From: Nemertoderma westbladi
Lineage: Eukaryota > Animalia > Xenacoelomorpha
Direction: 5' to 3'
Assembly (NCBI GenBank): GCA_032718475.1
Contig: JAUCBJ010003650.1
Location: 1 to 64,000 of the forward strand
DNA length: 64,000 nucleotides
Positions 1-12,410 of this stretch are shown one piece after another. A program made the position numbers and the translations under genes. Under the pieces are notes generated by a model, which ran no database searches, was not told the origin of the DNA, and was given only the letters and a program-made list of their open reading frames with translations. Position 1 is the first letter of the stretch. Every line of letters begins with the position of its first letter.

Positions 1-1719
1 ACCTTGCGCATGTAATACTTCAGACCTAACAGGTTGACACAATGTTACAGGAGGTATTGGTATGCCCTTTTGTATATTGACTAATTTGTCGCATTCTAGC
101 GCGATACTTTGCTGCACTTCCTGCAACTCTGCTCTACTTTCCCTCACTGTTCCCTTAAGTTGGTGGACAGTCTCCTGCATCTGTCCTAGCAGGAGATTCA
201 TCCCCCGCCGTAACTCTTCCACCCACTCAACCGCCGAAGCGGGAGTCGCCAACATAGTAGCGGGCTGACGCGGGACGACGGGAGACAAATTATTGATTTC
301 TCTCTCTGCTATCTGGACAGGGGTATTTGCATGGACTGTTCCACCGGGTACAGGCAGTGTAGTACTATGTAAAGGGAATTTAGAGTTAAGCTCTGGAAGT
401 ACAGGGGTCTCTAACACAGAAGTGACTTTGGGAACGACAGGCCTAATTATTTCAGGCTCATCAACTATTGTAGGGAGTCTTGTGACCTGAATAATTTGTT
501 CTGTGGGTTCTGTACTACCTAAGTCTGTGCTAGCTAGTTGTCTTCTGACAGCTGGGGGCAAATCAGGCAGTTTATGACGGTGAGATGTTTTTCTACGCCT
601 GCTTAGACGAGATCTATTTCCTCCGCCTTCAGGATCGGTGGTCTCGCCTTCCTCCGATGATGTGTATCCTTGGCGCTTGGGAGTAGATCGACTCATCATC
701 TGCATTTGATTAGCAGTTAACTGTTTATTTATGTTGTCTTGCGTCTCTTGCAGATTTTCCAACTCCAGTTGGGTAATCTCCTCAGACGCTCTCCGTTCTG
801 CTTCTGCCACTGCCTTTGCTGCTTTTCTTTCTGCTTCTGCTTCTGCCATTGCCGCTGCCTCCTTTCTTTTCCATTCTGCTTCTGCGATTGCCTCTGCCGC
901 CTTTCTGTCTGCTTCTGCCATTGCTTCTGCCGCCTTTCTGTCTGCTTCTGCCATTGCTTCTGCCGCCTTTCTGTCTGCTTCTGCTTCTGCCGCCACTCTT
1001 GCTGCTGCTATTGCCTTTCTTCTCTCTATCAGTTCTTTCTTTACTTGCTCTTCTCGGACTCTAGTGAGGCGGAGTTTTTCATCACATTCAGCTTGGTTTG
1101 CAGCTAACATTTCCGCATCGATTGCGTCCAACACAAGCTTGGTTTCTTCACTATTAGGGCGAAGTCCAGACAGTCGTCTCCTCAACTCTTCGTCTCCTAT
1201 GAATCGCTGATAGTCTGACAGATAGATGTCAATGGCGTCTCTAGTTCGCGGCTTCTCTGCTGCTGTTAATTCGCTTTCCACTTCGCTTTCCACCTCGCTT
1301 TCTACTTGAGAAGAAGTGGCGTCGGTTGATTCTTCATAGGTTGGCCGCTCATCATAAACCATATCCGCCATCTTCGCTCCGCGTTCGGGCGTCCGCTCAA
1401 CAGTATCCGAACTACTGGAGCTATCGGGCCGCTGAGAACTAGGTTCTTGGCTAGGAGGTTGCTGCTGTTTTATAGCTTCTTCTTGATCCCGCTTGACTTG
1501 GGCCCGAGTGCCTATGGCAGACCAACGGCGCTTCACTAACTTCGCAAATTGCGAAATCTTTTCTACCAACCTAGGTTCTGACACAACCACTGCAGGGGTT
1601 GCCCTTCTTACAGTATGAGGGGTTTCAGACCTCGGTCTGGGATTCTCTACACTTTGATCTGAGAAACAGGCTGTTGTTTCTAGGAGACTATCTGACAGAG
1701 TTTGCCTTGTGTCAGCCAT
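1..1719 (-). CDS. Gag-like ORF of a probable LTR retrotransposon, at least 573 aa, running off the left edge of the window
   Basis: Hand translation of both ends in one frame: ATG at 1719 (MADTRQTLSDSLLETTACFSD...) and ...PIPPVTLCQPVRSEVLHAQG at base 1; continuity between is inferred from the antisense shadow ORFs. It contains a coiled-coil repeat (AEADRKAAEAM)n and Pro/Ser/Thr-rich stretches, has no introns, and follows a long repeat-rich leader. It is absent from the ORF track because there is no stop in the window. No capsid, zinc-knuckle or pol motif is visible yet. Confidence 0.55.
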   Translation of the reverse strand, partial: MADTRQTLSDSLLETTACFSDQSVENPRPRSETPHTVRRATPAVVVSEPRLVEKISQFAKLVKRRWSAIGTRAQVKRDQEEAIKQQQPPSQEPSSQRPDSSSSSDTVERTPERGAKMADMVYDERPTYEESTDATSSQVESEVESEVESELTAAEKPRTRDAIDIYLSDYQRFIGDEELRRRLSGLRPNSEETKLVLDAIDAEMLAANQAECDEKLRLTRVREEQVKKELIERRKAIAAARVAAEAEADRKAAEAMAEADRKAAEAMAEADRKAAEAIAEAEWKRKEAAAMAEAEAERKAAKAVAEAERRASEEITQLELENLQETQDNINKQLTANQMQMMSRSTPKRQGYTSSEEGETTDPEGGGNRSRLSRRRKTSHRHKLPDLPPAVRRQLASTDLGSTEPTEQIIQVTRLPTIVDEPEIIRPVVPKVTSVLETPVLPELNSKFPLHSTTLPVPGGTVHANTPVQIAEREINNLSPVVPRQPATMLATPASAVEWVEELRRGMNLLLGQMQETVHQLKGTVRESRAELQEVQQSIALECDKLVNIQKGIPIPPVTLCQPVRSEVLHAQG

Positions 1720-3089
1720 GTTTGATTGTACAGTTGAATGCCTACTGCTATATTACAGTTAAAGCAAGTCTAGCAATTCAGTATCACTGTTAGCCTAGTA
1801 ATTAATTACCGATACTGCTACTCAGTGTAGCGTGATATATATATAATATATTAGAATACCGGTATGCTTATAATATATATATAAGTATTATTACAGACTA
1901 GATTTGTCACAGAGTACCGGTATATAATTTTAGCACAAATATATATAAATATATAATAGGCCTATCGTGAATACCGGTATACAGCCTACACTTATAGTAT
2001 ATAAGTATAATTCTGGACTATAATTAATTACAGAGTACCGGTATGATTTCAGCACAAATTTATAGAAATAAATATAATAAGCCTATGGTAAATACCGGTA
2101 TGTCAATTATTTTAGAATAATTGAATTTCTGAATATTTTAGGGTTACTTGGTTACTTTAACTTACTTTATTACCGTTGGTTAAGCAGCAGTCCAACTGAT
2201 ATTGAGACCTAGTTGTTGTATGGCAGGCCTACTATTTATAAATCGTTTGAGTTGATTTATAATATTTATATACCCGTTTAAAAGGGTTTTGTCAATATTT
2301 GAAATAAATGTTATTATTTCTGGGGGGTCACTACACAGAAGCTGTGCGCTCTCAGTGGAGTGCTATTTATTGGACACTAAAACAGATAATTCTAATTTAC
2401 CTAAGTTACTTAATACTACAAATTACTTACGATACGGGTGAGATTAATTCTCTAGTTAAACACAACAAAAATATTACGTACGAAATTTTTTTTTTTTAGG
2501 GTAATTTTACAGGAAGTCTACAAACCAGCCTAACAAAGGGTTAGAATTCTGGTTATTACAACGGACAGGGTACTACGGTATTTGAAATAATAGGTAGTAA
2601 ATATATTGTACTGTCCAGATAGGAAAATACCACCGCCTGACGACCTATAACCGTATCGCTATAGGTACTACGTTATGTATCACGGATTGTTCCTACCCAG
2701 AAGCTAATAGAGCTAACGAATGTGCCTATCAACCACTTTACAACACAAATATACTGCCTACACTAATTACTTCGGAAAGCACTGTACACTAAACCCTAAA
2801 TTAGGTACAAGTACCGGTATAACAAATAATCAGTAGTTAAATATACTTGAACAGTTAAAAGAACCACGGCATCTGCTGGAGTGACCGAAGCACAAAATCT
2901 CCAGTCTTTACCTACGCCAAGCAGCCCTGATGTAGTACCGGGGTTAGTTTAACTATAACGGTATGTATAACAAGCACAATTACTGTAGGAATAAACTTGG
3001 GGACATGAATGTTGCGAATAATCGCATAAACTCTGAATAATAAATATTACGCTACTCGTACAGAATACTCAAACAAATACAAACCAAAC

Positions 3090-3605
3090 GCTGGCAGACT
3101 ACTATTAAGCCTAAACAAACTACAGTATGTGCAGATTCTGAAACTGTTAGTTAGTATGCGTTCTAACACGGTAGTACGACTTACTCTTTAAGAGGGGATT
3201 GACCTTACCGCTTATGGCTGCCCCAACTTACTAACGGCACTTGATCAGACCAACTCTACACACACAGCAATCCCTTCAGACCCAAAAATAGCTAGACGAC
3301 AATCCAGCCTACAAATATTTGAGTAATAACTATTACGGTACCTGAACAGACCACACAAACAAACACAGGCTAAAACACTGGCAGACTACGATCAAGCCTA
3401 AATAAACTACAGTATATGCAGACTCTGAAACTGTTAGTTAGTATGCGTTCTAACACGGTAGTACGACTTATTCTTTAAGAGGGGATTGACCTTACCGCAT
3501 ATGGCTGCCCCAACTTACTAACGGCACTTTATCAGACAAACTCTACACACGCCGTAATCTCTCCAAACTCAACAACAGTCAGACAGCAGCTCAGCCTACA
3601 ATTAT
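3090..3605. repeat. Imperfect direct repeat, ~288-bp period, two copies, in the leader upstream of the gag-like ORF
   Basis: CTGGCAGACTAC...GAAACTGTTAGTTAGTATGCGTTCTAACACGGTAGTACGACTTA...GGGGATTGACCTTACCGC...CAACTCTACACAC occurs at ~3091 and ~3378. Looser ~120-bp repeats containing TACCGGTAT lie at ~1850-2100. Confidence 0.85.
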
Positions 3606-6600
3606 CTGAACAATCTGAGCAGGGTCACACACCTTCTGCTCAATATTAGCTTACTAGGAAATAAAACCGACAGAAATAAGTAAGCTCCAAAAGAAACAAG
3701 GGGTGTACAGTCCCTAATCTCTTAAACAGCCTACCGGTATACAATAATCAAAATCGAATAATACTAAATGTACTTGTACAGCAGTACCGGTACCGGTGAT
3801 GACAGTTAGGCCTACTGACCTACAGAAGCACCGGTTCAGTTTTACCAGTCACTACGGTATTTTGCAACCTTATTGCCTACTGCAATAAGATTATAAACTG
3901 TTACTGTTCGCGCTTTTGAAGACCTTTAGCAGTTTAACCTGCCAAAATTTATATGTCTTTTAGTTAATTAAAACCACTTTAGCATATGACAATATTTTAT
4001 GCTAATACGCAAAACATTAGCCGAAGGCAGCCCATGCGCGATCATTCACCCGATGGATCTACACCCGGGAGGCTGAATTCGGATGCTTAAATTGTATTAT
4101 TGCAGTGTAAGGTTGCAGTGTATACCTACTGTATTATTCGATAGATCGTTAATAATTAATCTCTGACAGATATTATTGGCTTTCGGGAAATATTAACAGT
4201 TCCTTTAGGACGTGGCGCTTTATCTATTTAAACAGAACTAAGACTTATACTAAAACGCAACGATACTGCTTATGATTGAAGTATAAAGCGTATTCTTTAG
4301 GAAATACTTTGTTACCAATCACAATCATACACACTATTCTGCCGACCGTCAGTATATTTGATCACACATAAAGAGAGCAGCAATTGACTCACGTAGGGTC
4401 TGCTAAATAACATTGGATTCAATACACACCACATTAATATAAATCGCAATTGTTATGTATAGCCGGTCTCTCTAACCTGTAGTGTATCAAGAAAATTGGG
4501 AATTTGGGTGATTTATCCGTATTATCCAAAGAGCAATATTTCCATCAACAAATAGGTACAATTAATAACTGACGGTAAAATAACAGTACAAACAATATGA
4601 TTAATGCAATTAAATTAAGTGAGCATGTTAATTAGTGAGTTATTGAGATTAGTTAGTAGGTAACAGTTTATACTTTCGATAATTTAAGCAGTTTACTAGA
4701 GTTCTTCCCAAAAAGCCGGTGTTTCTGGCTTAGACAGCAATAACAACAAAGTATCAAGTAAAAGCAGTAAGACTGAACACTCTCCTTATGATCGACCGAA
4801 AAGCTACACGTCGACAGGAAAAATCGCTCTGATTGGCTCAAGCCAAACAAAGAACCATGCATCCAATGGCTGTTTCCATGTCAGCAACCAGCTGTTAGAT
4901 GTCGTAATATGAATCATCACGGCTAAGCTGTGAAAGGTAGTTGGTGCATTACAGGTTTTTTGCCTTACCATGTCCGCCAAAACACGTATATAGCAGAATG
5001 ACTTTTATGTCCGTTAAAACACCTGTAACGGTACCTTGCGGGCGAGGGGAATATATATACAGTTAGAGAACCTTTTTAGAGTATTCCAGCGCCTGGGGGG
5101 AAACTGGATTGCGAAGCAAAAGGGGCCAGTTAGATCCCACAGAAGCTTTTACAGTTGCTCTTCACTTTCTGCATTCGATGGGGTCTCAGTCATAATTCAG
5201 GAGTTTTATTTCACTCTGCACTCAGTATGCAGTACTGTATACTGAAGTATCAGTTAGAGTATAGGCCAGAAAACAGCAGACTTCAGAACTACTGTACTAC
5301 TACAGTACGGAGTACAGTTGGGTATTCTCAGCGAGATTTGGCTGCATTTATGGATTATGCTATCAAATCTCGCTGAAAAATTCAAAATATCACTAAACCT
5401 TTCTAAATTTGGTATTACTTCGTCATGTCCACACCCCCTGTTATTTTTCTACGTTTTACCTGTCACTTTTTGTATGTTTTTAGTGTTTTTTAGCAAGTCG
5501 TTAGACTCGATTACTGTAAGAAAATTGATGACAGAAAAAACTTTGAAAAAAAAAAAGAATTGAAAAAAAAAATAGAAATAAAATTGCTGGCTACTGACCT
5601 AGAGCAAAAACGACTCTAACGATTTTGATGACATTTTGCATGATCCATGAAAATTGATTTCTATGGGTACTTGTGAAATCGCAGTTTAAATTGAAATATC
5701 TCAACTTGTCCGAGTTCGCTCGACCTACTGTAGTAGTAGTAGTATCTCAACTTGTTTGATTTCGAAAAATAGCCCCAAAACACGAAAATTACCATAGGCG
5801 CAATGATAAAAACACCAGCGGGCACTCATGAAAATGTATAGAGATGATGGCCTGGTAATGCATTCAATAGGAATGCCAACTAGAACTAACAAAGAAGTAC
5901 TTTCTGTGCCAAGTATTATCACTCTACTCTACAACCCAGACAGTAAGCAAACATGAACTGGTTTAGCTGGCTATTACAGTCTCAGCTGAATAACTCTTCC
6001 CAATGCATCCTATGGGAAAATCTACAAGGATACTCACACTACTATGTTAATGACTGTTAGTTACACAGTGTGTTGGCTACTATTGATTGCACTGTACTCT
6101 CATTTAATAATAATTATTTTATTTTTAAATCTTTGTGCCAACATTACTACTGTGGAGGCTGTATGCTTATAATCTGTTATAATAATAATACAATTATTGT
6201 TGTATTTAATTAATATCGTGGTTCACATTGAACAGTGTAAATTGTTAATCGCGGTTTACATTGAAACATCTCAACTTGTTTTATTTATTACAAAAATAAG
6301 AACGAATTTGCTTGTGCGCGATTGTATTGAATTCATGACAACTGCTGTTATTACTATTAATCAATTGACACCTCGACTCCTCTCCGATTTCTCTATCCTA
6401 TAGAACAAAATAATCATTTCGTTAACTGCTCTCTATCTTCTACTGTTGTACAGGCTCCAGCCTATGACCCCGTAGGAATTTTATATATGACTCGGCTACC
6501 CTACAGTACATAGATGTTTAGTGCAGACTTGGCACATTTAAAAAAATTTGGTTAGACGTTACCAAATGGTTGCGCTCGTCTTTTAGGGGGTCTTAAACAT

Positions 6601-7101
6601 AGCAACGGAGAAAATTACCATAGCAACAGCTCTTATAGTAGATATGACGATTTAAAATTTATAGCAGATTAATATTTTGGATATTTAATGGCATATTTCG
6701 TTTTTGAAAATACCATAGCAACAAGGCGAAAACGACCTTCAAAGATAGCAATATTGACCATGTCCATAGCAACGGGCTTTGTAATGCGTATTCAGTGATC
6801 GTATCATGATGGAATCAGAGTCTACCACAATTATATCACGTATAAGGAACAATATGCATTCTTTTTCAGTTTCTAGTTACCATGGCAACGAGTAACCTTG
6901 ACTAAAAACAAGCTACTGTACATATTAGCCGCAGCGTTTTTAAATCAACCTCTACCCCCACTATTTCGAGTATATGGAAAAATCTGCAATATGTTTTAGT
7001 TTCTAGATGCCATGGCAACGCGTCAGACTTGTTAATAAAGTGTCTTAAAATGTGTTAGCCGTTTACACTATGTAAATTAATCATAATTATAACATTCTTA
7101 A

Positions 7102-7368
7102 CTATGGAATTAAATTGTGACAAGAATTGCAATTCCGACAGTATTCAGTGCACATAACACCGTTATGCCTACAAGAACATCGCTGCATCAAGCAGTCTTT
7201 CTGACAGGCACATGTATTTACTAGTGAATCGGGAATTTGTGAAAGGTATTTATTGGGCAACAACATTCCATTTGCACCAGTATTCCAACCAAAATCTAAT
7301 ACACTTAGATTTACCACGAAGTCATTGCATAGTGATGCAATCTTATTTATTATGTAGAGACATCGCAA
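7102..7368 (-). pseudogene. Transposase C-terminal remnant with a CXC/Cys8 zinc finger (left arm)
   Basis: DFGWN..GMLLP....IPDSLVNTCACQKDCLMQRCSCRHNGVMCTEYCRNCNSCHN. A GW..L.P motif followed by a tesmin-like CXC cluster is, from recall, the C-terminus of Academ-type transposases. Confidence 0.65.
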
Positions 7369-7683
7369 AATGTGACCATTTATGGATTCTGTTGTTGGAG
7401 GGAGATCCTATTACTACTACTAGGATCGGCATGCTGCATTGCAGCTGCATTTTTAAGAATGCTGTCTATGAATTATAGGTCATTGATCAAGAAAACTTGC
7501 CACCTCCATGCAGCATAAAGGAGGTGCCACCTGTGGCTGCATAGACCCTCTTACTAGCAGGCAAATCTGGGTCCTGTGACTAGGACCCCCTTCGTTCTGG
7601 GATAAGGACGCCCTTGGTCCTGGATTAAGGACCCATATACTTGGCTGCAGGGGTATATGGCCTGGCCAGGCAGACCAGGCAGA

Positions 7684-8052
7684 CCGGAAGGCAGGTGAGG
7701 ACCTTCGAATACGTAAGGGAAAGGCATGGGCAGCCTTGAATAGGCATTCCAGGATTTGGAAGTCACCGATAATTAATCGGAAACTTAAGGTCCGATTATT
7801 TAGAGCAGCAGTAGTTCCAGTATTCCCTCTATGGGAGTCCATGTTGGGCTCTAACTGCTGAGGACACCAAATCTCTGGATGGCACATTCACAAGAATGCT
7901 ACGCCGGCTTCATTGTGTCAAGTACAAGGCACACATCTCCAACCAGACACTATATAACATTGGAGGTGTCTCATTGGTTCCCCCAAGCTGGACACTAGAA
8001 CAAAGTCGCCTCTGCTTTGCAGGACATTACTTTCGCCGTGAGGACCAGCCAG
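7684..8052 (+). mobile_element. RTE-clade LINE internal fragment at the centre of the foldback
   Basis: Nearly identical to part of the RTE copy at 39432-40387 (GEDLRIRKGKAWAALNR...LWESMLG/YGSPCW...RLCFAGHYFRREDQP); truncated at both ends. Confidence 0.9.
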
Positions 8053-8499
8053 AGGACCATACCTATTCTGGCGCACATGACCCACCATTTGCTTTGCAGC
8101 TCATCTGCTGGGCCATGCCCTGTACCCCTGCTGCTAGGTGCAGGTCGCAGTGAAGTGCACTCCGAGTGGACATGAGAACACTCTACTCATGATCAGCCAC
8201 ATGAAGATCACATTTGTACCATTGGTAGAGGCAGGTCTGCCTGGCCAGGCCATATACCCCTGCAGCCAAGTATATGGGTCCTTAATCCAGGACCAAGGGC
8301 GTCCTTATCCCAGAACGAAGGGGGTCCTAGTTACAGGACCAGATTTGCCCTAGTAAGAGGGTCTATGCAGCTACAGGTGGCACCTCCTTTATGCTGCATG
8401 GAGGTGGCAAGTTTTCTTGATCAATGACCTAGAATTCATAGACAGCATTCTTAAAAATGCAGCTGCAATGCAGCATGCCGATCCTAGTAGTAGTAGTAG
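8053..8499 (+). mobile_element. Short SINE-like or bipartite element ending in the RTE 3' tail; partial mirror copy at ~7409-7676 on the minus strand
   Basis: The last ~55 nt (ACAGCATTCTTAAAAATGCAGCTGCAATGCAGCATGCCGATCC(TAG)n) match the 3' end of the RTE at 39432-39483. The upstream ~390 nt are GC-rich, hairpin-rich and not RT-coding. Confidence 0.6.
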
Positions 8500-8538
8500 G
8501 ATCTACCTCCAACAACAGAATCTATAAATGGTCACATT

Positions 8539-8808
8539 TTGCGATTTCTCTACATAATAAATAAGATTGCATCACTATGCAATGACTTCGTGATAAATCT
8601 AATTGTATTAGATTTTGGTTGGAATACTGGTGCAAATGGAATGTTGTTGCCCAATAAATACCTTTCACCAATTCCTGATTCACTAGTAAATACATTTGCC
8701 TGTCAGAAAGACTGCTTGACGCAGCGATGTTCTTGTAGGCGTAACGGTGTTATGTGCACTGAATACTGTCGGAATTGCGATTCTTGTCACAATTTAATTA
8801 TTCCATAG
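8539..8808 (+). pseudogene. Transposase C-terminal CXC remnant (right arm)
   Basis: Mirror copy of 7102-7368 (DFGWNTGANGMLLP...CQKDCLTQRCSCRRNGVMCTEYCRNCDSCHN). Confidence 0.65.
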
Positions 8809-11800
8809 TTAAGAATGTTATAATTATGATTAATATACATAGTGTAAACGGCTAACAGATTTTAAAGACACTTTATTAACAATTCTGACGCGTTGCCATG
8901 GCATCTAGAAAGTAAAACATATTGCAGATTTTTCCATATACTCGAAATAGTGGGGGTAGAGGTTGATTTAAAAACGCTGCGGCTAATATGTACAGTAGCT
9001 TGTTTTTAGTCAAGGTTACTCGTTGCCATGGTAACTAGAAACTGAAAAAGAATGCATATTGTTCCTTATACTTGATATTATAGTGGTAGGCTCTGATTCC
9101 ATCATGATACGACCACTGAATACGCATTACAAAGCCCGTTGCTATGGACATGGTCAATATTGCTATCTTTGAAGGTCGTTTTCGCCTGGTTGCTATGGTA
9201 TTTTCAAAAACGAAATATGCCATTAAATATCCAAAATATTAATCTGCTATAAATTTTAAATCGTCATATCTACTATAAGAGCTGTTGCTATGGTAATTTT
9301 CTCCGTTGCTATGTTTAAGACCCCCTAAAATACGAGCGCAACCATTTGGTGACGTCTACCCAAATTTTTTTAAATGTCCCAAGTCTGCACTAAACATCTA
9401 TGTAGGGTAGCCGAGTCATATATAAATTCCTACGGGGTCATAGGCTGGAGCCTGTATTACTGTATAATAATTCATTTTAATAATTCTTTTAATAATTCAT
9501 TCATTGTTAATTCGTTTATAATTCATTTAGATGATTACAACATAATAATTATAGTTTGAAGTTGTCTAGAAAATTTCTCGTACACCACCGGGACTACCCT
9601 CACACTAATTTATTATCTGACATAACAAAAAGCTTATCTTGACTCGTACTTTCTCCTACGACTTGCTTCACGGACCGCTAGGCCCGTCTCTAGTTTTGAT
9701 TTATATTGATGAAAGTTCTATAACATTATTAGATATATTTTTTTATGGTATCTAGTGTTTTTTGAAAATATAAAATAAGTTAGGGTTAGGGTTAGCCTGT
9801 TAGGTTAAATATAGTTAGGTTAAATAATTACACCATCAGAAAGCCCCTACAAAACTAAATTGTTTGTATGTCGTGTTTTCGAATAAACAAACAATTTACA
9901 AAACAATTTACATTGCCAGATTTGGCTGAAAATTATAATAATATTTTTCGTAGGTAGGAATAATAATGTAAACGGCGGTCTGACTTTGAGGTAGCTCAGC
10001 AACTGGGATGAATGACAGGAAAATCTATGAATTCATTCAGTTAGGCAGGCAGGGGGATAGGATAGGAGGTGCACAGTAGGCATATATTACCAATTGGGGT
10101 GTCGTTTCAGCTTTCTCATAGGGTTAATGTTAAATTAATATTGAAAAATTAGTGCCTAGAAGTAAAAATTTTACCTACTATAAATACTGTAGTTTCGTTG
10201 AAAAATAGCTGAGATATCGGCGTTCAAAAATTGCAGTTATTTGCTTCCGCTGCAACCTGCCGGCAATTTATTATATTTCATACATACACGAATGTTTTAG
10301 ACATAATTATTTATTTATTTGTTTGACGAGTCAGTATTAATAGTTTGATGTCATTTTACTATTGCGATTACGTACAGTACAGTAGCTAACCATTAAATAA
10401 CAAAATATATTCCAGAATATTATTTATTACAGTACAGCAGTATATAATAATACAGTCGACTAATTGACGACCATGGCTACTTGAGACGCCTCTTATAAAG
10501 ACACTGGCCTTGAAGTTGCGGATAATCTCGCGAAAGTCGGGTTATTGGGGGTTGTGGCGGCGCAATTTTGTCGACAGCCCGGCATAGCATTATTAATGCA
10601 GCTGCTTCCAGCATGCGGATTATAGATAGATAATTGAAGGTGAAGAGCAATAATCCCCATTTACCTACTGTAGGTAAAAATTGCGCAAAGTCTTATTTAC
10701 CGCTCGGCCATCATTGACTGAACGGTAAATAATGTTAATTTTAACAATAAATGTTTATTATTATTATTCCTTTGAATTATCTTGCATTTGAAGTCAAAGG
10801 CCCTTATATGGCCTTAATGGTTTACAAATCAGTGGAAAACAATACATAAGTTGCTACAATAATCTTTCATTTAACAATCCCTATATTTAACACTAACTTT
10901 TTTTTTTATCATTACAAAATTATGTTTAATGTTACAGTTTATAGAGTTTCAAAATTACACCATTTAAATTCCTGGGTTCTTTATAAAGTCAACTGGGTTT
11001 GTAAACAAGTTACGTACGGTGTTTCCTTCCGAAGATAGCTATTCCCATAGGAGAAATCTAACTCCTCCCGAGCGCATTCTTTTGCATTACCGTAGTTTCC
11101 CTAGAAGCGTACGGAATGATTCCAGGTTTTCGAACAACCATCACTGATTGCCCGAAATCTCTGGTGCATTTCTACAGTACTTGGACATATTCTGGTTAGT
11201 GGGGGAAGCCACTGAACTTATAGAAGTTCCCACTTCTTACCACGACACTCAAGACTCACATCGTCAAACCCGATGGGGGATGAAGTCGCAGTGAAGGTAG
11301 GGCGACTTTAGAATTGGGTCGAAAGTATACCAAATGCAACACGGGTTGATGTATACATTCCCCATATTACACCCGAAAATATGTCCAGTTTCGCTTCAGA
11401 CATGAACTTATTCAAACCAGTTGAATTCAACAATCCAACAGTTGTAGTTAAGGGGCCCATTACACGAAATTTTAATTTTATTATTTATAAAGCTACTATT
11501 CTGAAACTTTAACACGATGATCTGTGATCTTTTACTATAAAAACTGAGAAGACCTATATGGATATCTTCGTAAGCCCATTTGTTCGAAAAATATGGCACT
11601 TTTTGTGCGGTTCGGTTTTTTTTCACAAATTGTATCAATTTTGAGGCATTTCTATGTAAAATATATCATGTTTAAGGATCTGTAATACCGCCTGGGCTTA
11701 AGTTCTCGGTCCAAGACTCTGGCCCAGTGGACCTAGATATGTAGGCTATCTTCTATAAAAATTTCAGCACAAAATTATTGTTTTTGTAAATTTATGGAGG

Positions 11801-12029
11801 TTTTAGTACATGTTCGGACCATATTTTGGGAATCAAATATTTTGAGATAGACAAAGAGTAGCATTTACAAAATCGGTCCAAATAGATCCAAATGAAGATA
11901 GATGATGGAAGATAGAAATGAATAGATCTATAGAAAATCCAAATGGCTGTGTTTTACAAAACCAATAGGCCTACTCACTATTGTAGCTCTAAAGCTGCTG
12001 AAAATTTTGGTATATGTTCCATTCAATAT

Positions 12030-12410
12030 AATTATATTAAATCGCATCAGGGATCCCATTGACAGACTGCTCCGTGGAAATCAGAATGGGTTCCGTAAAG
12101 GTCGTGGGACCATGGAGCCCATTTTGGCACTTAGAAGGATAATTGAAGAGTTATCAAAAAAGAAAGACAGGCATCTGGCTGTTATCTTTGTTGACTTCTT
12201 CAAGGCCTTTGATTCAGTCTCTCGCTCACGTATGTTCAGCATACTTTCATTATATGGGATTCCTGATGAAATTATTGCAGCAATCAGATCAGTATACGAT
12301 GGTTCGACAACATTTGTGTCTACTGTTGACGGTGACACAGAACCATTTGAAGTGTTATGGGGCGTCCTCCAGGGAGACACACTTGCGCCATTATTGTTCA
12401 TAATTGTGGT
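12030..12410 (+). mobile_element. RTE-clade LINE reverse transcriptase fragment, truncated at both ends
   Basis: LNRI....LRGNQNGFRKGRGT...FVDFFKAFDSV.R...GVLQGDTLAPLLFIIVV (RT domains ~2-4). It overlaps in sequence with the copies at 18661 and 57089. Confidence 0.92.

Larger units (their letters stand above)
6451..9454. mobile_element. Non-autonomous foldback DNA transposon (Academ-like) with ~1.2-kb inverted arms
   Basis: CAGGCTCCAGCCTATGACCCCGTAGG at 6451 and its reverse complement ending at 9454, with TA on both sides (6449-6450, 9455-9456). The arms 6451-7676 and 8234-9454 are inverted copies, contain many CCATRGCAAC motifs, and each holds a Cys-rich transposase C-terminus. Confidence 0.85.

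Noticed and set aside
62-1210. Plus-strand Ala/Ser, Cys/Phe and Leu/Pro-rich ORFs
   Set aside because: Antisense shadows of the minus-strand coiled-coil ORF 1-1719.
4960-5030. Primer-binding site (TGGCGGACATGG or GGTGTTTT on the minus strand)
   Set aside because: The TGG candidate is ~44 bp from the putative LTR end, and neither matches a tRNA 3' end convincingly.
8100-8380. HDV-like ribozyme in the RTE-associated leader
   Set aside because: A consistent P1/P1.1/P2/P3 nested pseudoknot could not be built by eye; it needs a descriptor search.
9780-9795. TTAGGG telomeric repeats
   Set aside because: Only about 2.5 units in AT-rich DNA, compatible with chance or a transposon subterminal motif.
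11130-11410. Moderately GC-rich segment with two small hairpins, possible exon or ncRNA
   Set aside because: No frame gives a recognisable protein and the hairpins are short; evidence is insufficient.
11447-12030. Kolobok-like left end (TTAA-GGGGCCCATTACACG)
   Set aside because: No matching right TIR was found in the window.
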